DNA of 64,000 bases from Candidatus Bathyarchaeota archaeon (GTDB taxonomy: Archaea; Thermoproteota; Bathyarchaeia; Bathyarchaeales; Bathycorpusculaceae), in NCBI GenBank assembly GCA_963715865.1, contig OY970280.1:2290844-2354843 (forward strand). The letters are read 5' to 3'. Below, piece after piece: positions 30,793-40,654 of the stretch. Position numbers and translations under genes: made by a program. The notes beneath the pieces were generated by a model. The model was not told the origin of the DNA. It was given only the letters and a program-made list of their open reading frames with translations, and did no database searches. How positions within the stretch are numbered: the first letter of the stretch is position 1; each line of letters starts with the position of its first letter.

Positions 30793-32094
30793 TTAGGTTT
30801 GGTTAGGTGCGAATTCCCAAGCGATATTGCCTTTCCAAATCTCACCTAACTTAGTTATTCTTATCTCTTTGTCGTCAATTTCAATTAATCCCTTGTCTTT
30901 TAGCTTTTGAAGTTGCTTTGGAAAGACCTTCTCTGGTGTGGTGCCGAATTTTTGCATAAATTCCGTTTTGCTAACTGGTAGCCGTAGGTATAATCGTGTC
31001 ATTGTTCGCCTCATCATATCTTCAGTCGTTGACTCTGAAAGCTTACTGATGGGTAGTTTCCCTGCTTTTACAGTTGCCATGTAGTCGTTTATGTTTTCAA
31101 GGTTAGAATAAGAAAACCGTTGGAGGTACCCCATGAAGCAGCCAGCGCCCGTTGTCAGTATTCCTCCCCATGGCCAACCGTTGAGACAGTTCTCTCGCAT
31201 GTGCCATTCTACTCTACTAAAGCGGTCATGACCTACTGCCTTGTAGCCTGCTTCAGTCAGCATTTTGTAGGCGGTAAGGTACATTTGCTTCTCATATTCT
31301 GCATCTCCAAGCGGCGGAGAAACTCCTGTCCTGATCATTTTTTCAAGTACGGTGCCTGGATCCACATGCAACGAGTAAGTGTCAACCTCCACGTCAAGTT
31401 CAATCGTCTTCTTTAGCGTACTAATCCAACTTTCCATTGTCTGCCCTGGAAGATTGTACATGATGTCTACGCATACGCACAAGTTCAGTTTTCGTGCATG
31501 TCGAATAGCTTTTTCAACATCAGCTGCACTATCGGGCAAGCAAAGCATTTTTCGTAGTTTGTCGTCAAATGTCTGTGCCCCCATGTCCACTTGGTACACG
31601 CCGTATTCGGCGAGTTTGCCAATTTTTTTGAGCGCCAGTGTCTTTGAGGAACCAGTTACTTTAATAAAATATTCCTTGTTAATGTTGAACCTTGCCTTGC
31701 AGAAGTCTATGAGGTCAATCATCTGCTCAGCAGCCAAGACACTGGGTGTTCCACCCCCTAAAACTATTTCATCAAATACGCTTGTTTTCACATATTTGGT
31801 TTTGGCGTACATTTCGAGCTCTTTTTTGAGCAGTTCTAGATACGGCTCTATCTTAACCTTGCTTGTGGCTGTGGTTGGAAAATAGCAGAAGGCGCATCTT
31901 GAGTCGCAAACGGAAATCCACGGTTGAAGCTCCATCAATCTGCCTGACGTATTCTCTGTAGTCAGGAACTCAATGAAGGCTTCATACGTTTCAGGTTTAA
32001 TGTCTGGGTAATCCCTGTACGTGTATGGCGGCCAATTTTCACGCGAGCCGTAAACTTCTGACTTGTTTTTTTCAAGCTCAGAGGCTTTTGTCAT
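30793..32094 (-). CDS. HemN/HemW-like radical SAM enzyme
   Basis: CDSRCAFC, GGGTPS, DIMYNLPGQT and a HemN C-terminal domain; the canonical YxHIPFC is replaced by QPWISVC. Confidence 0.88.
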   Translation of the reverse strand: MTKASELEKNKSEVYGSRENWPPYTYRDYPDIKPETYEAFIEFLTTENTSGRLMELQPWISVCDSRCAFCYFPTTATSKVKIEPYLELLKKELEMYAKTKYVKTSVFDEIVLGGGTPSVLAAEQMIDLIDFCKARFNINKEYFIKVTGSSKTLALKKIGKLAEYGVYQVDMGAQTFDDKLRKMLCLPDSAADVEKAIRHARKLNLCVCVDIMYNLPGQTMESWISTLKKTIELDVEVDTYSLHVDPGTVLEKMIRTGVSPPLGDAEYEKQMYLTAYKMLTEAGYKAVGHDRFSRVEWHMRENCLNGWPWGGILTTGAGCFMGYLQRFSYSNLENINDYMATVKAGKLPISKLSESTTEDMMRRTMTRLYLRLPVSKTEFMQKFGTTPEKVFPKQLQKLKDKGLIEIDDKEIRITKLGEIWKGNIAWEFAPNQT

Positions 32095-32290
32095 TGATAG
32101 TCCCTCTTGGTCGCAGTTTAAAACGGTTTGATAACATAATAAAGATTACGTTAAAAAGCCAAATTAACTAAAAAAGTGTAGTTCCACAAGTTATATAAAT
32201 AATTGCGGAGACAAACTAAGTCATTGGGCAAGGGGTATATTGTTTATGCTTCTTGTTCAATGCAAAATAAAATTTAGGAGAAAAAGAAAA

Positions 32291-35290
32291 ATGCAAATTG
32301 CTAAAAACAAAACAGCAGCTATTGCTATTGCTATATTCTTAATGCTTTCAATGTCAGCTTCAATGATGCTTGTACCATCTGCTAGTGCACATGGTCCCGG
32401 TTTAACTGCCGCTCAAGGAGGAACAACTCCATGGCAGATTCCAACGTACGCCTACATTGTCGCGGCACCTAGCCCTATAGGTGTCGGTCAGACAGCACAC
32501 GTTTACATGTGGCTTGATGCTGTTTATGGAGCGGCTGGTGGAACAACTGCCGCTGTTGGAACGAATGGTTCCACAGCCAGCGCAGCATTGCTATCAAACA
32601 ACTATAGGTTCCACAACTACAATCTTACTATTACAGCGCCTGACGGTACAACAACAACACAGATTTTTGCAGTTATCTCTGACACAACATCGTCACAATA
32701 CGTCACATTCACTCCTTCTCATGTTGGCAACTACACTTTCGTCTTTAATTTCCCAGGACAAGCCTACGGGGCGAATGGCAACGGTTACGAACTATCATCA
32801 CTAATTAACGACACTTATCTGGCCAGCTCTGCAACTACAACGCTTAATGTGCAGCAAGAGCCAATTCCTGCGGCTATAACTAGCTATCCGCTTCCAGAAG
32901 CTTATTGGTCACGCCCAATTTACGGTGAGAACACTGACTGGTGGAAGATCTCGTCAAACTGGCTAGGTTCAGGTTCAGCGCCTCCAGGAGGCGTTAGTAG
33001 TAGCGGTTCAATGTCTACATTGTACCATAACGATGCCGTAGGGCCTCTAACTTCTCACGTCATGTGGACAAAGCCACTTCAGTTTGGAGGAGTTGTCGGA
33101 GGAAACCAGTTTGTCGCTGGCGGCTCTAATCCTAACGGTGCTGTTCCGGGAGCCACATACTTCGAGGGTTCTTCATATGCGCCAAGATTCTACAATCCGA
33201 TAATAATCAACGGATACCTCTACTACACGGAAGTAGCATCATTTACGGGCTCACCTATTATGGGGGGCAGTGCTACTGGACCAACCGACTGCGTTGACCT
33301 TCGCACAGGAAAAGTCCTTTGGAGTAGCATGACCGTACCTGAGCTATCATTCGGTTACATCTATAATCTTTATGACCCAGACCAGCACGGAGTTTTCCCA
33401 CCAATGCTAATTGCATCTATAGGAGGCGGATTTACGGGTCTCCCAGCGATGTGGGAGTTCTTTGATGCATATACAGGAATCTCGCTGTTTAACGTTACTA
33501 ATGTTCCCTCAGGCACGACAGTAATGGGTCCAAGCGGTGAAATGTTGAGGTATGTCGTCGTAAACACAGCAGCCCCAAATGCGGCTCCAACTTATTATTT
33601 GCAAGAATGGAACTCATCGAAACTATGGCAATACGATGTTAATCCATACAGCGGCGGTGGCAGTCTGTCACCATCCCTTATAAATATGACCAACGGAGCT
33701 CTCGTTTCACAAGTTCCTATTCCGATTACAGGCGAGAGCGCTACTCTGCCACCAACTGGACTGGCTAGTATTTTTGCCCCCTATGGTTCCTCAGTGTTAG
33801 TCAATGCAAACATCCCCATTAACTCCACTACTATTGGCGGCGGTGCTACTGGCGGTACTGCTGGAACTGGCATCACTACTTATGACTGGAACATTTCATT
33901 ACCTTTCGCAAACTCAATGCCCGCGGCACCCATGGTAATGACTCCGTTTGGGCCCGTAGGAGGAACAGCATTCACTGTAGTCGCAGCCAACTATAACGAT
34001 ATAATGCTATGCAGAAACGGCTCCCTACCTACAGGTTTCGAAGCAACCAACACAGGCACCGCACAAGGTCCATACACATACTTCGCCATCAACCTCAACG
34101 CATCAAAAGGTGCAGTCGGTTCAGTACTATGGTGGCAGACATATAACCCGCCAGCAGGCAACATCACTGTTAGCTCACAGCCAGTCGACTTCCAGACCCG
34201 TGTCTTCACATTAAGTTATGGAGAAACTTTGCAATGGGTAGGATACAGTCTGGATACAGGCAACAAGCTGTGGGGTCCAACTACACCTCAAAAATCCTTC
34301 GACTACTATGGCTACCCAGGAACAGTCTCTTTACCCGGTTGTATTGCTTACGGCAACCTCTACTGCAGTTCATTCTCAGGAATATGCTACTGCTATAACG
34401 ATTTAACTGGCAAACTATTGTGGACCTACGGTAATGGCGGGGAAGGCAACAGTACCTACGCCGGCTTGCAGGTCTTCTACGGTGATTATCCAACCCAGAT
34501 ACAAGCTATTGCTAACGGAGTAGTATACCTGGCTACTAATGAGCACACTATGCCCGACCCGTTTTACAAGGGCTGCTTGGCAACCGCTGTTAACGCCACC
34601 ACAGGACAACAAATATGGCAGCTTTCGCTTTACCCCAGCGAGTGGTCCACCCCTGGCAGTGAATGGGCTACCGCAGATGGCTTTACAACATGCATGAACG
34701 GCCTTGACAACAACATTTACAGTATAGGCAGAGGACCCAGCGTTACCACAGTTACAGCACCAAACGTCGGTCTATCATTCGGAACACCAATAGTAATCAA
34801 GGGCACAGTGATGGATATTTCCGCTGGCACAACGCAAACCACGCAGGCGGCTGACTTTCCAAACGGAGTTCCATGCGCTTCTGATGCAAGCATGAAGGAC
34901 TGGATGGGCTACGTTTACCAGCAGAAACCGCTTCCAACCAACTTTACTGGTGTTCCAGTGACAATAAGTGTCTTAGACTCTAACGGCAACTTCAGACCCA
35001 TAGGTACTGCAACAACTGACGCAACCGGCACCTTCAGACTCACATGGACACCAGACATTCCAGGCAACTACACAGTTGTCGCATCTTTCGCTGGCACCAA
35101 CGGTTACTGGCCATCAAACTCAGAAGACGGTTTTAACGTAATGCAAGCACCAGCAGCAACCACTGCTCCTACACCTACACCTGCTTCAATGGCTGATCAA
35201 TACATACTGCCAATAGGTATCGCCATTATCGTCGTAATAATCATAATCGGTGCTGTACTAGCTCTCTTGATAGTAAGAAAACACCCATAG
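32291..35290 (+). CDS. Large membrane-anchored surface protein with PQQ-like propeller repeats (start at ATG 32291 after AGGAG)
   Basis: Signal peptide, WTYGNGG propeller motifs, Ig-like C-terminal domain, PT linker, TM helix and RKHP tail. Confidence 0.85.
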   Translation: MQIAKNKTAAIAIAIFLMLSMSASMMLVPSASAHGPGLTAAQGGTTPWQIPTYAYIVAAPSPIGVGQTAHVYMWLDAVYGAAGGTTAAVGTNGSTASAALLSNNYRFHNYNLTITAPDGTTTTQIFAVISDTTSSQYVTFTPSHVGNYTFVFNFPGQAYGANGNGYELSSLINDTYLASSATTTLNVQQEPIPAAITSYPLPEAYWSRPIYGENTDWWKISSNWLGSGSAPPGGVSSSGSMSTLYHNDAVGPLTSHVMWTKPLQFGGVVGGNQFVAGGSNPNGAVPGATYFEGSSYAPRFYNPIIINGYLYYTEVASFTGSPIMGGSATGPTDCVDLRTGKVLWSSMTVPELSFGYIYNLYDPDQHGVFPPMLIASIGGGFTGLPAMWEFFDAYTGISLFNVTNVPSGTTVMGPSGEMLRYVVVNTAAPNAAPTYYLQEWNSSKLWQYDVNPYSGGGSLSPSLINMTNGALVSQVPIPITGESATLPPTGLASIFAPYGSSVLVNANIPINSTTIGGGATGGTAGTGITTYDWNISLPFANSMPAAPMVMTPFGPVGGTAFTVVAANYNDIMLCRNGSLPTGFEATNTGTAQGPYTYFAINLNASKGAVGSVLWWQTYNPPAGNITVSSQPVDFQTRVFTLSYGETLQWVGYSLDTGNKLWGPTTPQKSFDYYGYPGTVSLPGCIAYGNLYCSSFSGICYCYNDLTGKLLWTYGNGGEGNSTYAGLQVFYGDYPTQIQAIANGVVYLATNEHTMPDPFYKGCLATAVNATTGQQIWQLSLYPSEWSTPGSEWATADGFTTCMNGLDNNIYSIGRGPSVTTVTAPNVGLSFGTPIVIKGTVMDISAGTTQTTQAADFPNGVPCASDASMKDWMGYVYQQKPLPTNFTGVPVTISVLDSNGNFRPIGTATTDATGTFRLTWTPDIPGNYTVVASFAGTNGYWPSNSEDGFNVMQAPAATTAPTPTPASMADQYILPIGIAIIVVIIIIGAVLALLIVRKHP

Positions 35291-35293
35291 ACT

Positions 35294-35330
35294 GTTGAGA
35301 AACAACTCAACAACCATCTTCCTTTTTTTG
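35294..35330 (+). terminator. Putative terminator: hairpin TGTTGAG/CTCAACA plus a T-tract
   Basis: Immediately after the stop codon at 35290. Confidence 0.4.
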
Positions 35331-35421
35331 GTTTACAACTAAGGCAGAAAGCCGTGAATTTTCAAAAATATTACTCTTAAATAGTTGCGCTGGAGGCTAA
35401 GATCTATTCTAAAATCTCAAA

Positions 35422-36837
35422 CTAGACGCTATCTTTGACACGCCAGAGGTTATAGTTTATGGCTGTTCTTGCCATTATCTTGCTGTACAAGTTGCCTTTT
35501 AAATATCCTTTTACAGCTTGGCGAAGAATATATCGTGGACTATAGAATTTATTGTAAAAATTCTTCCTCATTTGAGCTATCTCTTTCGCGGGCAAAAGCG
35601 GATCCTCAAAGATGGGATTCATCGTGTTGTATAGCTTCCAGTCCTCTGACATTTTCCATCCATTACTCTCGACTAAAGCGCGAAGTTCAGTTCCTAGAAA
35701 GGGCGTAGCATGACATAACCACACATCGTCAGGTTCTACTTTACGGACAAAATCAAGACTTTCCTGCAATGTCTCCTTTGTTTCGCCAGGGTACCCTATA
35801 ATGATGGAGACGGTGACAAATATGCCTGCTTCTTTGGCCCATTTAATTGCATTTTCACATTGTTCAGTTGTAATTCTCTTCTTTAGTGAGTCACGGATTC
35901 TTTGGCAACCAGATTCCACTCCAAAGCAAATCTCATCGCATTTCGCCTTACTCATCTTGGCTAAAACTTCTTTTGTAACCACATCAGCTCTGGTTCCGCA
36001 GCCCCATGGTAAATTTATTTTTCTATCTATCATTCCGTCGCAGATTTCAAGCGCTCTTTTCCTATCGAACGTTAACGTATCGTCTTGGAACGCTATCCCT
36101 TCTGCTCCATACTCGTCTCTTAGCCATTCCAGTTCATCAAGGACGTTTTTTGGGCTTCTTGCTCTGAACCTTGCGCCAAACATTTGAGAAGCAACACAGA
36201 AAGAGCATTGGAAAGGGCATCCTCTGCTGGATATTATTGGAAGAAGTTTCATTCCCGTAATTCTGTATTTTTTAACTGGAATATACTTGTACGCTGGCCG
36301 AGGCAACGCATCAAGGTTTTGGATAAAAGGCCTGTCAGGTGACTGAATAATCTGGTTATCCTTTCGGAAAGTTATGCCTTTAATCTCGCTGACCTTCTGC
36401 AGTTCGGACGATTGCTTTGCCAATTCTAAAATTGTTTCTTCTCCTTCACCCCTAACAATAATATCGACTGCTTTTTCATCAGTGAGGATTTGTTTGTCGG
36501 CAAAGGTTGCGTGGGGTCCTCCCATTACAACTTTAGCGTCAGGACAAACTTCTCTTGCAACATGTGCAGATTTGAGCGCTGACTCTATTGTTGGAGTCAT
36601 AGAGCCGATTCCTACTATTGTAGGCTGGAAAGAATCTAATTCAGCTTTAAGCTTTTCATGGTTTATTTCGCATACGGGGCAATCGAAAATTTTTACTTCA
36701 AAATCGTTTTGTTCTAGTACAGCCGCCATGTATGCTAAGCCAAGGGGTGGGAAAAGCGGGTGATGGGCGACTCCTTCGAGGAGCGGTGTATTAACCAGTG
36801 CTATCTTTGTTTTATTTGTCTTCATCACTATACACAT
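35422..36837 (-). CDS. Cobalamin-binding radical SAM enzyme (2 of 7)
   Basis: LVNTP, PPLGLAY, GGPHAT; SRGCPFQCSFC; GVESG. Confidence 0.93.
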   Translation of the reverse strand: MCIVMKTNKTKIALVNTPLLEGVAHHPLFPPLGLAYMAAVLEQNDFEVKIFDCPVCEINHEKLKAELDSFQPTIVGIGSMTPTIESALKSAHVAREVCPDAKVVMGGPHATFADKQILTDEKAVDIIVRGEGEETILELAKQSSELQKVSEIKGITFRKDNQIIQSPDRPFIQNLDALPRPAYKYIPVKKYRITGMKLLPIISSRGCPFQCSFCVASQMFGARFRARSPKNVLDELEWLRDEYGAEGIAFQDDTLTFDRKRALEICDGMIDRKINLPWGCGTRADVVTKEVLAKMSKAKCDEICFGVESGCQRIRDSLKKRITTEQCENAIKWAKEAGIFVTVSIIIGYPGETKETLQESLDFVRKVEPDDVWLCHATPFLGTELRALVESNGWKMSEDWKLYNTMNPIFEDPLLPAKEIAQMRKNFYNKFYSPRYILRQAVKGYLKGNLYSKIMARTAINYNLWRVKDSV

Positions 36838-36995
36838 TAATGCAAGCTATTAGAATGAGTTAATCATTCTGACTTCAATATAGGTCTTAGGCAATGTTGT
36901 TTGAGAATTTTAAGCTTTTGCTAATCAACAAGTTTTAAGAGGAATCGGATACCGCAGGTATTTTAATTGAAAAAGCTGGGTTTCATTCGCAAGCA

Positions 36996-39236
36996 CTATG
37001 GCTTATGCTTCTTTTTATAGAGCACAGTTGCTAGTAGCACAGATGCCACCGTAATTATCGCTAAAATTAACGAAATAAGAACTTTAAATGATAAAGAATA
37101 GATTTGTTTGCTTGATAAAGAACCAAACGCGTAAAACATATGATTGTATGAGCCTACGTAAACTATATTGTTGGCTATGGCAGGCGAAGAAACAACCATT
37201 CCTCCAGTTGCATAACTCCAAATGCAAGCGCCAGTCACGGCGTCAAGAGCATAAACTTTGCCATCATGGGAGCCTACATAAACTATTCCATTTGCTACAG
37301 CAGGCGAAGAAGCCACTTCTCCCCCAACTGTGTAGTTCCATACGACCTTGCCGTTGGATGCATCTAGAGCATAAACCTTGTTATCCCCTGAACCTACATA
37401 GACAATGCCGTTTGCTATGGCAGGTGACGAGGCCACATCACCGCCTGTGGTATAATTCCAGACGAGAAGTCCTGTTATAGCGTTTAAAGCGTAAATTTTA
37501 TGGTCGTACGAACCTACATAGACTATGCCATTTGCAACCGCAGGAGAAGAAACTACATAGCCATTTGTAGTGTAGTTCCAGATGAGCGCTCCGTTAGAAG
37601 CATTTAACGAATAGACGTTATAATCATTTGAGCCGATGTAGACTCTACCATCGGAGACAGCAGGAGAGGACACCAATATCATGTCGCCGGTAGTGTACTC
37701 CCATACGAAAGCGCCGGTAGAAGCATTTAAAGCGTAAACATTGTGGTTCTCTGAGCCTACGTATACCATGCCATTATTCACTGTAGGAGAAGAAACCACT
37801 GGGCCACCAGTTTTGTAACTCCATATGTAAGAGCCTGTTGTAGCGTTTAAAGCGTAAACGTTATCGTCATATGAGCCTACGTAAAGTACGCCGTCAGCAA
37901 CCGCTGGTGAAGAAAACATAATCATGTCCCCAGTAGTGTAGCTCCATACAACATTGTTATGAAGTTCCAAATTGAAACCGACCATGCCCGTGGAAGCATT
38001 CAAAGCGTACACTTTGCCGTCATGGGAACCTACATATACTAAACCAGCCGCTATGGTGGGGGACGAATCGATCTCCCCGCCAGTTGCATGGCTCCAAATA
38101 TAGCCGCCGTCTTTAGCGTTTAAAGCATAAATCTTGCCATCCCACGAACCTACATAAACCACTCCTTGAGCCACAGCAGGACGAGAAATCACCATATCAC
38201 CTGTCGTGTAGTTCCACAATAGTTCGCCGTTTGAAGCATTCAGTGCATAAACTTTGTTATCCTCCGACCCTACGTAAACTATGCCGCTGGCAACGATTGG
38301 AGAAGACGCCACACTACCATCTGTTGTGTAGTTCCAAACATACCTGCCATTAGACGCATTCAAAGCGTAAACCATGCCATCCAACGACCCGACGTAAACA
38401 TAGCCGTCAGAAACAGTTGGTGAAGAATAGATTGTGCTGCCAGCAGTAAAGTTCCACACCAAAACGCCATTCGCAACGTCGAGGGCATAGACCTTGTCAT
38501 CCAAAGAACCCACGTAAACCAAGCCGCCTGCAACTGAAGGAGAAGAAACAACTCTGTCACCAGTACCAAAGCTCCAAACGAGCTTGCCGTCTGTGGCGTT
38601 TAGCGCGTAAATTTTATGGTCTAATGAACCTATGTACACTATGCCATCGCTTACAGCGGCAGATGACATCATTATTTTGGCGCCCGTCGTATAGTTCCAC
38701 ATGTACTTGCCACTTGTCGCATTCAAAGCGTAAACATTCTTGTCTTCCGAACCAAAGTACACCACTCCATTGGCAACAGCTGGGTCAGAATCAACGTAAT
38801 ATCCCGTTGTGAAGTTCCACAGTTGGGTGCCGTTACTAGCGTTGAGGGCGTAAAGGTTGTGGTCCTCTGAACCAACGTAAACTACGCCATTAACCACAGC
38901 AGGACAAGAAATCACTATGCCGCCAGTAGTCGAATTCCAAATTAGCTCGCCACTAGACGCGTTAAACGCATACACCTTATGATCAAACGAGCCCACATAT
39001 ACCACGCCGCCGCTGACTAAGGGCGAGCCTACTTGACCGCCAGTGTTAAACTTCCAAAGCGTATCGTTCGTTTTTGGCGCTTGCGATGCGGAATAGCCCG
39101 TATGCGCAACATCACCGTGAAACATGGGCCACGAGCCAACGCTAGCCTGCCCAGCCGCGAAAGCAACGCTCACTAAAACGCCCGAGACCAAAAACAGCCC
39201 TATCAAGATAAGCGAAACAATAGCTGTTCTTTTCAT
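36996..39236 (-). CDS. Membrane-anchored protein with 16 PQQ-like/BamB repeats (two 8-bladed propellers)
   Basis: Signal peptide, WPMFHGD, 16 x SSPAVxxGxVYVGSxDxxVYALNAxxG..WxYTTG, C-terminal TM and KKKHKP tail. Confidence 0.93.
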   Translation of the reverse strand: MKRTAIVSLILIGLFLVSGVLVSVAFAAGQASVGSWPMFHGDVAHTGYSASQAPKTNDTLWKFNTGGQVGSPLVSGGVVYVGSFDHKVYAFNASSGELIWNSTTGGIVISCPAVVNGVVYVGSEDHNLYALNASNGTQLWNFTTGYYVDSDPAVANGVVYFGSEDKNVYALNATSGKYMWNYTTGAKIMMSSAAVSDGIVYIGSLDHKIYALNATDGKLVWSFGTGDRVVSSPSVAGGLVYVGSLDDKVYALDVANGVLVWNFTAGSTIYSSPTVSDGYVYVGSLDGMVYALNASNGRYVWNYTTDGSVASSPIVASGIVYVGSEDNKVYALNASNGELLWNYTTGDMVISRPAVAQGVVYVGSWDGKIYALNAKDGGYIWSHATGGEIDSSPTIAAGLVYVGSHDGKVYALNASTGMVGFNLELHNNVVWSYTTGDMIMFSSPAVADGVLYVGSYDDNVYALNATTGSYIWSYKTGGPVVSSPTVNNGMVYVGSENHNVYALNASTGAFVWEYTTGDMILVSSPAVSDGRVYIGSNDYNVYSLNASNGALIWNYTTNGYVVSSPAVANGIVYVGSYDHKIYALNAITGLLVWNYTTGGDVASSPAIANGIVYVGSGDNKVYALDASNGKVVWNYTVGGEVASSPAVANGIVYVGSHDGKVYALDAVTGACIWSYATGGMVVSSPAIANNIVYVGSYNHMFYAFGSLSSKQIYSLSFKVLISLILAIITVASVLLATVLYKKKHKP

Positions 39237-39320
39237 TTTTACTCTAATCTATCTTCGATTCCTACACGCTTATAAGATATTTTCTTTTAAGAACCTGACA
39301 CAAAAAAGAAGACGGGATTG

Positions 39321-40394
39321 CTATTTTTTGCGTAGACTTTCAGGCACATATGCGCATGCTGGGTCAGACTCGTAGATGTCTCCTGTGTAAGCGTACGCTC
39401 TGTTTCTGCAGCCTCCGCAGAGTTCTCGGTATTCGCAGACTCCGCATTTACCCTTCAGAACGCTTCTATGTTGGAAGCTTTTGTAATACTTTGACTGCTG
39501 GATTTCTTTCCATGCGGTGGTTAGGCTTTTTTCTCTTATGTTTCCCAGCATCATTGGCTCTGAAGGCTGAAGGTCGGTGTAAAAGCATGGTATTAAATCG
39601 CCATTTTCAGTCACGCTTAAGTATCCGCCAAAAGCGAAATAGGTACATTTTCCATGAAACTTATGTTCATACCACTCGTCAAAATTCGGCGGATTTCTTT
39701 GTTTCACAACACGCGCATAATGCGGGCAATGGACATGGATTTCAAATTTGCCTTCATACTTTTGGGTTAAGTCCCATATGTGGTTGAGAGTCCACTCGTA
39801 CTGCTCAGGCGTCGGAGTTAACTCCATTGTTTCTTTTGCTCTTCCGCTAGGAACAAGATGATTAAACCAGACAAAGTTAGCATGGTACTTGTCAGCTAAC
39901 TCTGCGACGTGGTCTAAATGCTTATAATTTAAAGTTGTAATTGCGCATGCTAAACCATTAAGGATTTTACCTTTCGATAACTTCTCAATAGCTGCAAGCG
40001 CTTTCCTGTATGATCCTTTTCCTCTTAATTGATCGTTAATTTCTTCTGGCCCGTCTATGCTTACAGATGTCCAAACTTGATTTTTGACCAAGTTATCGTA
40101 AATTTTTCCGTCCACAAAACATCCATTAGTTAATAAGCACACATTGAGACCCAGACTCTTTGCGTAACCTACAATTTCGAAAATGTCTTCACGCATTAAC
40201 GGTTCGCCGCCTTTTATGCCGAACCATCTTACGCCAAAGTTATGAACTTCGTCCACTAAACGTAGTGCCTCTTTTGTGCTCATTTCTCTGGGGGCATGCT
40301 TACCTGTAGCGTCAACATTGCAGTATCTGCAACGGGCATTGCAGGCGCCTGTTGCCCTCCAAGAAGTCATAAGTAAAGGACCTTCACTCGCCAA
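39321..40394 (-). CDS. Radical SAM/SPASM enzyme, paralog of 26061-27140
   Basis: CNARCRYC, KGGEPL; CGVCEYRELCGGCR...DPAC. Confidence 0.92.
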   Translation of the reverse strand: MASEGPLLMTSWRATGACNARCRYCNVDATGKHAPREMSTKEALRLVDEVHNFGVRWFGIKGGEPLMREDIFEIVGYAKSLGLNVCLLTNGCFVDGKIYDNLVKNQVWTSVSIDGPEEINDQLRGKGSYRKALAAIEKLSKGKILNGLACAITTLNYKHLDHVAELADKYHANFVWFNHLVPSGRAKETMELTPTPEQYEWTLNHIWDLTQKYEGKFEIHVHCPHYARVVKQRNPPNFDEWYEHKFHGKCTYFAFGGYLSVTENGDLIPCFYTDLQPSEPMMLGNIREKSLTTAWKEIQQSKYYKSFQHRSVLKGKCGVCEYRELCGGCRNRAYAYTGDIYESDPACAYVPESLRKK

Positions 40395-40654
40395 AGTTAA
40401 AATCCACCCTCAAATTCTCTTCGCTGATTCATCATTTACTTTAACGTTTCTTTTCAACTTAAAAAAGATTGTGCGCTGCTCTCTTGTTTTCATTTTTAGC
40501 GCCATCTTAGCACATTTTTTGTTCCAATGTAACTGAAAATATGAAGGCGCCAAGTTTCCGTAAGGTTTATAGTGAAATAAATCATCATAATTATTGGTGG
40601 TAAGGCATTAACTTCTTAATTAAAAATCTCTCCATCATAAATATTAGGGGGTAA

